A stretch of DNA of 64,000 nucleotides. Source: Botryllus schlosseri (taxonomy: Eukaryota). Positions 1 to 13,175 of this stretch are shown in pieces. The position numbers and the translations under genes are program-made. Under the pieces are notes generated by a model. It made no database searches. It saw only the letters and a program-made list of their open reading frames with translations, and was not told the origin of the DNA. The number at the start of each line of letters is the position of its first letter. Positions within the stretch are counted from its first letter, which is position 1. The DNA lies in the NCBI GenBank assembly GCA_051294905.1, contig CM119378.1, positions 186,001-250,000 on the forward strand. The letters are read 5' to 3'.

Positions 1-719
1 GCGGTGTCTTGGAAACTGGAGGGCCCGTTGTTATGACTCCGTAGCATGATGTTATTTCGTGGCCTCCTGTCTGCAATATCAAAAAATATAGAATCGCCTA
101 AATGTAGGCTACTAAACGATTTCAAATTGGTATTTCTTCATTGGCATATAATTTTTCCGTGCGGGGTGGTATTTTTCTTGTGAGGTTCAGATTGCCAAGA
201 CAGGAACATTCGACGCCAGTCATTTAGGTGCCTATGTACAATTGAACCTATATGTATTTTGTATATATAACGAAGTTTCCGGTCAGCATAAGGGCAGTCT
301 TTTTCGGCCAATATTTTCTCGCTGCCGATCGTTCTGGCACACTTCTTTGAGTCGCATGTTACATGGCCTAAAACTTGTGTGGTGGTACATCGTGGCGCGG
401 TAATGGCCAATGCCGATATGCCCATTTCTATAAATCTTGCGTATTTTTTCTTGGGGAAAGAAATCAAGATATTCGGCAACTTGAAATCGCGCGTAGCGTG
501 AAAAAAAATGTGAAAAAGTTGCATAAATTTTCAAACAATACTCTATAATTTATGCTAATTCAATAAATAATTTTGGGCCGCCTTCGAGCTCGCCCCCCCC
601 CCCCAACTGAGGGGTTTGTGGTGCGAAAGTTACGGTCCTGGTTGTATTAACAACAAATGTCAATTTATTTATTGCGATTGCTGCATTTTGTTTATTTGTC
701 TATATGCGTGGCATATACG

Positions 720-1159
720 TTTGCTCACAGCGTATCGAAAGTCATGCGTGTGCGCAAGTCGGTTTTGTTTCTTCGACTTGATAGTCATCGGGGATGAAAA
801 TCCTTGCTCGCACTCTCACGTAAAAGGGAAAATTAGCAGCTTGGGAATAGCGCGAGAACCTATAGCGTTGAATACGAGGAGGCCATGCTACGCCAGGAGT
901 TTATTCGAGAACAATCTTTGTGTTTCGTCTTTGCTGTCTGGTAATCTTGGATATCTATGACCCGACAGGAAGGTCTGCTGGATTAACAGAGGATGGATCG
1001 GTCATTTAGGCACAACATGTCCCATCCGGAAAGTAATGCCTCAACTCAGCATTGAGCAGTGAGAGGAGATCTATGATTTCACGGGAAACTACTCGCGTAC
1101 CACCTGGAATGCCTTCGCGTACCACTAGTGGTACGCGTACCACAGGTTGGGAACCACTG
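720..1159 (-). mobile_element. hAT (Buster/Charlie-like) DNA transposon remnant: degenerate transposase C-terminal dimerisation region plus one TIR
   Basis: Minus strand ~720-900 reads (with stops/frameshift) KLLIFPFT*ECEQGFSSPMTIKSKKQNRL..HDFRYAVS, resembling the hAT C-terminal CEQGFS..KSK.RNRL motif. TIR ...ggttgggaaccactg ends at 1159, with subterminal gcgtaccac repeats. Confidence 0.7.
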
Positions 1160-2181
1160 ACGTATAGGTAGGCTAAGTATCAGATCAGCGCGCATCTCTA
1201 CCATACTCGACCTCGAAAACGAAATAGCTGCCTCAATCATTGAGTGTCAACTTTAAGACTTGGCACCGCGTTCGATACTAAAATCAAGACATACCGTGTG
1301 AAAGCTCATGACAGATCTAGGTATGGAACATCGTTAAAATCAATAGAGACCAATAACGGCTTTTGCGTAAATTTGTTGGCGATAAATGAAGAGTCAGCTC
1401 TTACTCGACTTTGGAAACGAAATTACCACCCACATAGCTCAGTGACAAACTTAAAACTTGTTACAGCGGTCGATACTAACACTTACCGTGCCAAATGTCA
1501 TGACCGATCTCGGTATAGAACATCGTCAAAATCAATGGAGACCAATACCGGCTTTTGAGTAAAATCTGTTTGCTGTACTATGTACATGATAGATCAGCAC
1601 ACACTGAACTTCGGAAACGGAATTACTACCATTATCTTTAAGTAGCAAGCCTGAAACTTGGAGCAGTGTTAAATACTACCTTCACGACATATCATACCAA
1701 GTTTCAAGAATTATCATGGTGCGAAACACCGTCAAAATCGACCTATACCAGCAAAGGTCGACTCAACGCATATTACGGTAACCGAGTTCAGATATATAGA
1801 TACGATTGTTACATCACACCTTAGGGGCGAGTAGGCATATTTGCCCCGGTTGCTCGGCCATTTTACGAATAGGAGAGAGTAAATCACCGTTTCTTTATTG
1901 TGCGCGGCTTTGAGAGAATAGATAGTGAAAGCTTGTTATGAGCGCTACCGGGGCAAGCCCCGGCTAGGCATTCACAAAGCGAAAACACAGAAGAGAATTC
2001 GATTTTCGCAGAGACTTCGCTATGTATGGGCGTTTGCAAGCGAAAGCACAAGAAGAACGCGGGTTTCGCTGTGATCTCGGTATATATTGATTGCTGTGCG
2101 TCTATAAATGGTTAAATTGTTATTGAACAGAATTTTAGGTGGGGCAATGCCCCAGTTGCCCTATAGGACGAGCCGCCACTG
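1160..2181 (+). mobile_element. Right ~1 kb of a non-autonomous hAT-type element, near-identical to 10955-11973
   Basis: Direct comparison shows near identity (identical 104-aa spurious ORFs at 1244 and 11038). Both copies end in the TIR acgagccgccactg. Confidence 0.85.
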
Positions 2182-2339
2182 GACTGTAGCATAGCTATAC
2201 AGTTAGTCGCGTATATTATTTGCGGTTCTACGTCTGCGTGATAGACGCCTTCTTGCATGCATATTCAACTTTATAAAGTATGTGTATGCATACATTAGTT
2301 ATTTGATGCAAGATAAATGGCAAATTATACTGTCTTTCA

Positions 2340-2530
2340 CTCAGCTAGCAAAATGTAATTACTTCGAAAATTCAATTTGACTTGAATTGTGACTTGACTC
2401 GTGACTCGACTTGACTTGACTTGACTCGAGTCACTTTCGAAAATCGATTGACTTGACTTGACTCGAGTCAAAATTGGCAATGACTCGAGATGACTCGTGA
2501 CTCGAAGGTACTGACTTGATCCCAACACTG
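2340..2530. mobile_element. MITE end rich in gacttgactc/gactcgagtc subrepeats, abutting a LINE 3' UTR fragment (2531-2579)
   Basis: Subrepeat array ends gatcccaacactg. The following gcatgcacactgaatgaaagtaaagaag matches the reverse complement of the LINE 3' UTR at 44520-44565. Confidence 0.55.
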
Positions 2531-3847
2531 GCATGCACACTGAATGAAAGTAAAGAAGATAGTATAGAAAAAGAATGCGCTCATCTCTGGTATATATGCG
2601 CGATAAAAAGAGCTTTGTATCAAAGTTTTGAGCCAGTAAAAGATCTGCTGTTTTCGACTGAACGTTTTGGGGTCAGAGTTCATTTTCCAATTTTTGATCC
2701 GTCGGTGACACCATCTCCCCTACATGCATCCACCGGCACCGTAAAACTGTCGGGTTATAATACTACAGCTATAGTGGACCTTTGACGTGACACATTTTTA
2801 TGTATAATATTTTAAAATCAACTGAAGATTGATCAGAGCATTTGAGCGATGTAGCCTAATCCTGGTTTGATAATAGTCGTGATAAGTATGGGCTATTGTC
2901 ACTGTTTGTTTGTTTTGGGGTATTCGTGGTGTTTGTCAACTGCTATGGTCATTTACACCAGGCCGATATTCATCTATTGTTACTGTGATCGCCAAAGTCG
3001 AATTAAGTCAGCGTTAGATTTTGCCTTCGATTATTATTGGAACGTATCGATAACAACTTAAATATATCCGTTATATAGCCATAGTAATAGCATTGCTTCT
3101 TAACCTTTTTAACCCTTGTGCTTCTAATAAGATTTCTCGTAGCCCCTGTCTATTTTCAACACAGTTTTTGATGGTACCTATAATAAAATCAGGAAGCCTG
3201 CTCACATAAAATCGTGCGTTGCGCGAAAACTATTTTCCAGTTGAATCAATTGGCCAATAACATAGTCCACAGCATATAGGCCTAATTCCACAACGCATCT
3301 CGTACACCCTGATGTGGTGCTTCGTACCCCGATGGGGTCTACGGACCCTGGTTAAGAACCCCTGTAATAGAAATGTCCAATCGGCGAATAATTCATTGGT
3401 GTTACAGCTGTAGAGCGTACTACTACCTTGCTTGCCACCGATAATAACACGAATAAGGAGAACAAACAACATCCAGCATGTAACCAACTACACGTCACGG
3501 GGGTCACAGAATACCAATGGTTATTTACCCTACGCAATGCAAGCTACGACCTTTTGATATATTACCATTCCCATGACAGTTTCATAGATTGTTGCGTCCG
3601 TAGAATTACCAAGTCACTGTTCCAAGTCGCAAGTGCTTCTCTGATTTTAACGTTTGACAGCACTCAACTCAACTCGAGTTCTTTTTATTCAATCATCCAG
3701 TCAGTCCGAAATCGAGTCGTTTACGATTAGGTCGCATCAAACCAAATCACAATTTTCAATCACGAATTATCAACGGGTGATGTTTTATCATCATGAACTA
3801 GAAATGTGACGTAATAGCTAATATGCTACCGCATGGTGATGTGATAG

Positions 3848-6478
3848 TATAGAGTACGACTGGAGTGACGACTCCATTGTTCTCCCATTGTTAGCCGGCA
3901 GAATGGTCACGGTCAGATGGCTGCAACCAAAACAGGATTGCTCAGTGCTTGTTTCTATGGCGTTCAAGGCGATTCGTCGTGTATTTCTTGAAGTTGCGGC
4001 GGATTTAGTTAGACAGTTCAACATTTAGGTAGCGGTGGCGAGTCGTTATGACTAGTGAATATTACCGTGTAGCCTATGTTACATTTCTCACGAGATTGAT
4101 GTGATATTGTGGCTTTGATCCTTTATAGACTTTGCTACGTATATAAATATAATGACAGAAGGTATAATATAGAATATCTGGTTCGTGTGCAGCGGCTATT
4201 GTGAGATGAATTCATGGAAAGGACGACTGAAGAATACTACAAAGTGAACAAGTGGAAAGATCTTGAACTATATCTATATGCAGTTCACAATATCTTTGAT
4301 TGAAAATATGTCCTAGATATTAACTGCAGAAATTCGAGTATGAATATAACAAATAATATCGCAACAGTCTTGTGGTCTTGTATGGCTGTCCGATTGTCTA
4401 ATAACCGCAGAAACTTGAGTATGACTAGAACCAGGGCTTTGTGTAATGTTAATGTTCTGCTTGATCTCGATTCACAATAGTCAGCTCAGAGCTTACTCCT
4501 AGGAAGTATGCAAAATCGCACTTGAATGGAACTCGTTGTCTACTAGAATACCCCGGAATTCGCTTGGAAGATCTCTGCCGGTCGACATTAGTAGAAAGCC
4601 AATGCACCACGTCAAGGTTTCGACCAACGCATTGGTTTCCTTTTTTAGGTAGGGAATCCCAATGTGGATAGGCAGCATTTGCCACAGAGAGAAAAAACTA
4701 CAATACTAACACTACCAGAAACTACATTCGCTGCATCTTTTCTTGGTCACGGGTTCCTGGCAGACTTTTGTCGAAGGATTTTGATCACCATAGGCATATG
4801 TTGTATTGGCACCTATCCCTCTCTTTATAGCCTTACGCTGGCATAAGGCATTTACTGAGTAACTGACTTGGCTAATATCTGGATTCCTGCTGTATCTCAT
4901 CAAGACCACTGTTACCACTATTAAAAGGCAATCATTAATTCAGGTCAACATTCTTGAATAATATTAATGAATGTCAACTGAAGTTACCAAAGATACAAAT
5001 GCTGCTTCCAGAACATCTTGTGTTAGGACTCTGAGATTCCATAACACCATTCAAAAGCCAAATTGCTAGCTTGACCATGTTCTTGGTCCATATTTGTATA
5101 GAACTCTGAACTTGGTGTTCACTTTTGGCCTTCTTGAAATTGGATGTACATTTCACCTACTTGTTACTAGTGGTAACTAAAGTGGAACCTCATAGTCGGG
5201 TGGTTATAATGGGACGTATGAACATGGATGTATTTTCTGCCAAAAATCTCAACATTTGTAACAGATATGCTGGAAAATATAAGAATATTTCAATCTACTC
5301 AGAATTGCTTCGTGGGCCGGATGAAATCGTGTGGCGGCCCGCGGGTCGTATCTTTGACACCCCTGCTTTACATTACAGTAAACCCCACAGTGATAGCAGT
5401 ACCAATTGTCAAATTGGTAAAGAAATACCATGGCTTATACAATTCCAACAATAACAGGTAAAGAAATACCATGGCTTATACAATTCCAACAATAACAAAA
5501 AAGCAAAGACTTTCAACAGCATCATGATTGAAACAAGAGATTTGAAAGTATAGAAAATGATGCTAAAAGAGCGTATTGTTCATTTTTTTAAGCTATCTTG
5601 CAAAAATTTTAAAGACTTTTTTTGCTTCTCGTGCAATGCAAACTTCGCAAAATTGTGAGAACAGATGTTATTCAAGTGTTTCATTGCCTTGTCCATGACA
5701 TGCTCAACCTCATTTAGGTCTGAACCAAATTGAAGTGATACAGTGTAAATCAATTCGTTATAGAATGGATCGCATTGAATTGCCTCAAGTGCCCTGACAA
5801 AATTTATCTTTTTCAGGGGTTTTGTCATTTCTTTACTGTGGATAACATAAAAGCGGAGAACTATGCCATGAAACTGTTCAGATGGGCTCTTCAATCCACT
5901 GTCTTTCTTCTACATCACTTTAATGAGGTTTCCGGATGGCGCTTCAGTTGTTACTTGTTAGGCATGTGGCAATTGCTTCGTTGGCTTGCTTAGAAATGGC
6001 TCCCAAAAGCACTCCACCAATATATTGAAGTATGTCTAAAAACACATCAACGTTTTTCCATGGAAAGGCAAAGTATAGGCTATTTACTAACCAGATTCCT
6101 TGCTGTTGACTCCTCCAATGTCTGTGATTGGATGCTGCTCTTTACCCTGCCAGTCATCCCCAAATGCCAAAGTGATACGGCCGAATCAGCCATGACACCG
6201 ACTTCTATGCGTGACGAATTATGATCTAATTCTGGCGAAAAATATAACAGAGGCTACACGGTATTATTCACTAGTCATAACGACTCGCCACCGCTACCTA
6301 AATGTTGAACTGCCCAAGTAAATCCGCCGCAACTTCAAGAAATACACGACGAATCGCCTTGAACGCCATAGAAACAAGCACTGAGCGATCCTGTTTTGGG
6401 TGCAGCCATCTGACCGTGACCATTCTGCCGGCTAACAATGGGAGAACAATCGAGTCGTCACTCCAGTCATACTCTATA
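3848..6478 (-). mobile_element. P-superfamily-like DNA transposon with ~230-bp TIRs, 7-bp TSD and degenerate internal ORFs
   Basis: 3848-4076 is the reverse complement of 6251-6478. Termini TATAGAG...CTCTATA; direct repeat gtgatag at 3841-3847 and 6479-6485. Minus-strand remnants DILQYIGGVLL...SGLKSPSEQF resemble the YIxG...GGLxxPS region of P/THAP9-type transposase C-termini. Confidence 0.7.
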
Positions 6479-7295
6479 GTGATAGTGAAGTTTGTTGAGA
6501 TTTCAGTGATTTTCATAGTAGTTTTAGTGTGAATTTCAAGTTCTCATATCGAGAAAATAGATACATGGCACTTAAATACATGGTTGAATACTTGAAATTC
6601 CTAAAAGCCGTCGCGGGCCGTACAAAATGCTCCCGCGGGCCGCGTGTTTGAAACCTCTGAGCTATCACTTCACAGAAATGTAGGGCTGGAATCAGCAATA
6701 TGACGTCACGAGGTTCACGTTAACATAGAACCTAAAGGATCGCGTTCACACGAACCTGAACCTTTCAGAGGTTCACACCATCCCTACCAATGACCATACT
6801 AGCGGTGAGGCCGATTATAACATTTGCCCTTATATAATTATATTTGTTCCCGGTCTCCCCGATTAGTTTCACTGCGGTCAATGCCCCGAAAATTTTAGAG
6901 ACTTCCCTACCTTAGTATCAAAAGTGCGTTAAGTAGGCCTATAACACGCGCGCTTCCGTGTCGACAACTACCACACGGTCGACGTAAAACACCATCGCTC
7001 TGTCAAATATGCCGGGCCTGCAGTGTGGAACAGTATTTGCCAGCTGGTTTTGCCGCCTGTCCTTTTATATTATGTCAGTTTATTTTTCATTCAGTGTGCA
7101 ACAGTGGCGGCTCGTGACAATATCGGGTGGTGGGGCAAGGGCTGCGAGCGACTTTTATCAACATGACGTCACAATGGCGTTTTCCAACGTAAAAAAGTAA
7201 CTTTATGATGGTCACATGAATTTCCCGACAACAGTGATTTTAACGTAGGTGCCGCGAGAGGTTTGCCGGTGAGCTGTGACTTGAAGTGTGGTAAC

Positions 7296-7885
7296 TATAG
7301 AAATTTAACATGGAACGGCAACGACCGATTTTGCAGCTTCGTTCCGCTTCGCCGAGGCTGGAGTAGAGAATTGTTTTGCGCAAGCGACTGTAGGATTTCT
7401 GGCATTTCAAAAGCTATCTTCCCGAGCGCAGAAATTACTGAATCTGGTCTTGATCGAAAGCTACTGTTGCACCGATTCCGAAAATATAAATTAAAATAAT
7501 GACCAAGCACTGATCCACCAACAATCCGTCCTCCAAGTCTGAATAACGGCATTGTTCGAACAATCGGAGAGTCGCAACGGGTCATTGTTACGGTCATTGT
7601 GTTGCGGTTGCCCGATTGTTCTGAACAATGCCGATATTTCAGACTTGAAGGACAGATTCTAGGTGGATCAGTGCCTGATCAATATTTTAATTTATATTTT
7701 CTGAATCGGTGTAACAGTAGCTTTCGATCAAGACCAGATTCAGTAATTTCTGCGCTCGGGAAGATAGCTTTTGAAATGCCAGAAATCCTACAGTCACTTA
7801 CGCAAAACAATTCTCCACTCCAGCCTCGGCGGAGCGGAACGAAGCTGCAAAATCGGTCGTTGCCGTTCCATGTTTAATTTCTATA
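7296..7885. mobile_element. Foldback MITE (~280-bp inverted arms, ~25-bp spacer) with TATAG termini
   Basis: 7296-7578 is the imperfect reverse complement of ~7602-7885 (mirror ORFs in the track). Flanks gtggtaac / ttggtaac match 7/8. Confidence 0.8.
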
Positions 7886-8310
7886 TTGGTAACAAATGTT
7901 TTATTCATTTATTTTTAATCAAAGGATTATTTTACAAAATGTACGTGAACTAAGAATCGTCCCTATGCCACGAATCAAGTATCAGGTCATCCTTAGTAGC
8001 ATGCGTTTTGATTTCATGGTAGAGTTATAGATTACGCAAATCGATAGACCCTAAAATCCGACCGTCACCCCAAATTCGAAATCCGGATCCAGTCCGGCCA
8101 GGTAAAAAAACATTGAAATCCTGCTCCGGCTCCTGAACCGGACTGTGGCCATCTCTGGTTACGACCAGGTGATAATAGGCAACCAAAGCGGAGGCACCCG
8201 GCGTACGATTGGACAACTTCTGGACCTCTCATTTTCGCTCTAAAGGCAACTGCGTAAACTACGTACGGAATAAAGATTCAATACGATTCATGTTCGCACT
8301 TGACTTGACC

Positions 8311-10220
8311 CAGTGGTTCTTAACCTTGCTCCCAGCGCCCCCCAGGGGGCGCTGGCGATTTTGAAGGGGGGCGGAAACGCTCAGGGGGCGATATGGGGGG
8401 CGCTGGACTCAGGGGGGCGGTATGGGGGGCGCTGGAGAAAAATGGCTTCGCAGTATATGATGTGTTGATAGGGCATATCCTTAATGAGTATTCAGAACAA
8501 ATTAACACCGAAAACTTCGTTATATATAGCCTTCAAAGTACATATAGGTTTAATTGTCCATGGGCGCCTAAATGACGGCCACCGAATGTTCCTGTCTTGG
8601 CAATCTGAACCCCCAGAACACGAATTCCATCTGGCAGGGAAAAATTATATGCCAGTGAAGAAATACCAATTTGAAATCGTGTGTGTCTCTTAGTTTAGTA
8701 CGATTGGGCGACAGGGATATTCCTGTTGGGCAATATCCCTGTTATGCGATTCTATATTTTTTGATATTGCAGACATGAGGTCACGAAATAACATCATGCA
8801 ACGAAGTCATATTAACGGGTTCACCCGCCCAAATATGTATAATTATTAGTTACGGGCCCTACAGTTTCCAAGACACCTCACAATGCTCGCTTCAAGTTTT
8901 GATGAGTCTGCGCACACTCAACAACTCACTGCGCAGACCCTTGGACAAGAGTGCGTAACGACTAAAAAAAAGGTCATATCTTCGGATTTGTTGTGAGCAA
9001 CGTAGATTTTCTGTGCGCAGAGACGGTGTCAGCACTGCGCACGTGCGCATGCGCAGCTTTGAGGGAACATTGCATCTCACTCAGCTCTACCGGTAAATCT
9101 GGTAACGTGAGCAGAGAGGACAAGAAATTGATAGCAATATATTTGCAATCCCCGGTCTTACTGACCGATTTTAGCATGAATTATCGAAAGTTTTTGCGCT
9201 TCGCACTGGCTCGCAAAACAGAACAGCTGATTCCGTGGCAAAAGCGAACAGCGTGAGGGGGGCGGTCGGTTTATCACCCTATGGGAGCCCAAGACCCAAG
9301 TTTTTTCGGGGGCCTGACGAAGTGACGTTTCGTTCCTGCAAACGGGTATACGCCCGATGATGTATAATTATTATTGAGGGGTCCTACCTTTTCAAACACA
9401 CATCATTTAGCTCTACCGGTAAATCTGTTTACGAGGATAAAAATTGATCTCAATATACATGCAATTCCCGACCATATTGACCAATTTCAATCATTAATTA
9501 GTGAAATTTTCCGCGCTTCGCGCGTCTAAGCGAGAGTGTATCAGCAAATAGCGGACAGTCGAATGGGGGTCTGGGGGTGAAGTCCCCGGAAGTTTGGTTT
9601 ATCACCCGATGGGGCCCAGGACCAACGTTTTTTGTTTGGGGGGGGGCTGACGAAGTGCTGTTACGGCCCTGGTAACGAATAATTTTACCTACAGGCTCAC
9701 TCAGCGCTACTGGTAAATCTGATTACGTGGGCTGAGAGGATAAAAAGTTTATAGCGACTTATATATGTAATTACCGGGTGGCTCGGCTCTGAAGACTTTG
9801 TCATATCGAGCCTCCCGTCTACCTTGCATGTCGCATTTCACTGTGACATTTTTGTAGTGTTATGTTGATATGTAATGTATACGAATAAAGATTCTCTCTC
9901 TCTCTCTCTTACCACCTATTCATTCATGCATTATAGAAGATTTTGGTACCTAGGGCGACCAGGCCACACAAACTTTGCTGACCATCGAAATCACGTTATG
10001 GGGTTCGTGGGGGCGAAGCCCCCAGAAGTTTGGTTTATCACGCTATTGGTGCGCAATGCATTCGTTTATAAGGGGGGGGGGTTGACGAAGTGCTGTTACG
10101 GCCCTCCCTCCCTCTTACTTATTGTCTTTATTACATTCCTCACAATATGAAGTTGGGGGGCGCTGGAGCACGATAATTTTTGAAAGGGGGCGCTGGACGA
10201 AAAAAGGTTAAGAACCACTG
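8311..10220. mobile_element. Nested non-autonomous hAT element
   Basis: TIR cagtggttcttaacct / aggttaagaaccactg; exact 8-bp TSD acttgacc (8303-8310, 10221-10228); gggggcgctgg subterminal repeats. 8510-8880 is also present inverted at 1-280. Confidence 0.9.
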
Positions 10221-12567
10221 ACTTGACCTGACTAATTCCAATGACTAGAACTCGAGAGATTGCGTAAGCCTAACTGGAAAGGTCAACGAGTTCGGACACA
10301 TACGCAATTGTTATCTCATAGATTGGGCCTGTCATATTGAATCCAGAACATCAATTTGAATGGTCTTTGAAGAACTAAGGACAGCAGCCTCGGAACTTCG
10401 GTCTCGGAACAACGTAGGACATTTTGGCCTTGAAACTGGAGACTGTGACACAACACATACGGCTTACTGTCTATAAGTCTGCTGCGAAATCGCCGTTGGA
10501 AAATATATTAATATATAAATACATGAATAAAAGCCGTAACTTAGTATACTGTTACAAGAAATCATCGAGAAGTAGCATACGCAATCTCATAACCCATTCC
10601 GGTATGGTACACTGTCAAAATCAATGCAAACAGACGAACACCGAACTTTGAGTAAAATAGATCGAGGAATAGGCTGATCGAATGATCAGCTGTTAGCCGA
10701 CATCGAAAGTGAAATAGCTATCGCAATTGACAGGGGATTGTAAGCAAATGGTTTGAAGGCCACAATTTCACAGTGAAATGGACATTGGCGAACATAAAAT
10801 TATGTGAATATTTGAATGCAAACCGAGAATCTTGGTTAGCTGTTTCATGCGATCATCGAGATATACCATTGGAAATATCATCACCGATCTCGTTATGGAA
10901 CGCAGACTATAGATTAGCACAGACCGACACCGGCTTTTGCGTGAGATCCGCAATGACGTAGGTAGGCTAAGTATCAGATCAGCGCGCATCTCTACCATAC
11001 TCGACCTCGAAAACGAAATAGCTGCCTCAATCATTGAGTGTCAACTTTAAGACTTGGCACCGCGTTCGATACTAAAATCAAGACATACCGTGTGAAAGCT
11101 CATGACAGATCTAGGTATGGAACATCGTTAAAATCAATAGAGACCAATAACGGCTTTTGCGTAAATTTGTTGGCGATAAATGAAGAGTCAGCTCTTACTC
11201 GACTTTGGAAACGAAATTACCACCCACATAGTTCAGTGACAAACTTAAAACTTGTTACAGCGGTCGATACTAACACTTACCGTGCCAAATGTCATGACCG
11301 ATCTCGGTATAGAACATCGTCAAAATCAATGGAGACCAATACCGGATTTTGAGTAAAATCTGTTTGCTGTACTATGTACATGATAGATCAGCACACACTG
11401 AACTTCGGAAACGGAATTACTACCATTATCTTTAAGTAGCAAGCCTGAAACTTGGAGCAGTGTTAAATACTACCTTCACGACATATCATACCAAGTTTCA
11501 AGAATTATCATGGTGCGAAACACCGTCAAAATCGACCTATACCAGCAAAGGTCGACTCAACGCATATTACGGTAACCGAGTTCAGATATAGATACGATTG
11601 TTACATCACACCTTAGGGGCGAGTAGGCATATTTGCCCCGGTTGCTCGGCCATTTTACGAATAGGAGAGAGTAAATCACCGTTTCTTTATTGTGCGCGGC
11701 TTTGAGAGAATAGATAGTGAAAGCTTGTTATGAGCGCTACCGGGGCAAGCCCCGGCTAGGCATTCACAAAGCGAAAACACAGAAGAGAATTCGATTTTCG
11801 CAGAGACTTCGCTATGTATGGGCGTTTGCAAGCGAAAGCACAAGAAGAACGCGGGTTTCGTTGTGATCTCGGTATATATTGATTGCTGTGAGTCTATAAA
11901 TGGTTAAATTGTTATTGAACAGAATTTTAGGTGGGGCAATGCCCCAGTTGCCCTATAGGACGAGCCGCCACTGGTGTGCAATGAGCATGCCTCCTTTTTA
12001 GATCGACTAGGCCAGGCCGGTGTCTGATTTCAAAGACTACTCCATGTCGTTCGACAACTTCCTGTCTTTTCATTGTATCGCAGTCTTATGGTGTAGGCTA
12101 TTCAAATGATAATAATAAGTCGAATCGAACTCGAACATTTTTCCAATGCAATTATTATGATAAATTCAAGATTTTCGCACTGTAGGAACTCCGTGATTAC
12201 CGGTTTTCGTGGAATCAAATTTGATGTGCAAGTGCAACGTTTTTTTTGAGGCAACCCGACGACTTAATCGCCCAACAAGCAAGATTGATTTTTTTCTAAC
12301 AGCCCTACACAACACAAAACGTCCAGCCCAGTCTTTTCTATCAAGCAACTTGAAGAAATACAAATAAGGCGTCGCGGATCCCTTGTTGAGAATCACTGTG
12401 CTAGACAAAATACCAAAAATGAGGCGACTTTACTATTCTTCAAAGCTCCAATGAAGGCCTGTCTTGGAGGTCCTGGTCGTAAGTCATAATAGGACTAGAT
12501 CGAGCCATGAGCATTGCGCAATGGCTCGAGTACGGGTTGCGTCAACACTCAAATAGACCCGAGTCAA

Positions 12568-12789
12568 GCCGACAAGATAGCGTAATGGTGAGCGTCCGGC
12601 TCCTTGATCGGTAAGTCGTGGGTTCAATCCCCGACCGGGTCAGACCAAAGACCTGAATTAATAACACTGGTATCCATGACTTCCCCGCATGGCGCTCATG
12701 CACTATTGGAATAGCATGGAGGGGTGGTGCATGACTTAGAAAGGCATACAAGGCTATATCTGCACCTCCTTGTCCAGCGGCATATGTAG
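12568..12789 (+). mobile_element. tRNA-derived SINE (interrupted by a MITE)
   Basis: Pol III A box tagcgtaatgg (12578) and B box ggttcaatccc (12621), followed by a non-tRNA body and no proper acceptor stem. Confidence 0.7.
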
Positions 12790-13175
12790 TAGAGGTCGAC
12801 CGATTATCGGCGCCGATATTTGGAACATTCTCGAATATCGGTATCGGCCAATCTAGGCCGATATTTTATATCTAACTACAATCTACCTTTCCTGAACTGA
12901 TCTGCAATTCTGTATCATGTTTTGATTTTCGGGTTATCCCAAATTTCAACGAATGTTCACAATAAAGCAATAAGTCTTTTCGATTTCAGTTTTCTCGTTT
13001 GTTGTTCACCTTTCTGTGGCATGAACAAGTGCCACCTTGCCTAATATATAATATTTTTGGCGAAATAGTTCTCTGCTCCTTCCATATTAATATCGGCCTA
13101 TGATATCGGTTATCGGCCTTGTGAGCGTCGAAATATCGGTATCGGCCTGTAAAAATCAATATCGGTCGACCTCTA
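12790..13175. mobile_element. hAT-type MITE
   Basis: TIR tagaggtcgaccgat / atcggtcgacctcta; exact 8-bp TSD atatgtag; atcggc subrepeats. Confidence 0.9.

Larger units (their letters stand above)
7102..11973. mobile_element. 4.9-kb non-autonomous hAT-type element inserted into a LINE 3' UTR, carrying nested elements
   Basis: TIR cagtggcggctcgt / acgagccgccactg; exact 8-bp TSD gtgtgcaa (7094-7101, 11974-11981). The flanks join into the LINE 3' UTR sequence. Confidence 0.9.

Noticed and set aside
1244..1558. Duplicated 104-aa gene (also 11038-11352)
   Set aside because: GTG start, lies in tandem subrepeats of a non-autonomous element, no recognisable domain.
12568..12645. Functional tRNA gene
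   Set aside because: A and B boxes are present, but there is no convincing acceptor stem and the sequence continues into a SINE-like body.
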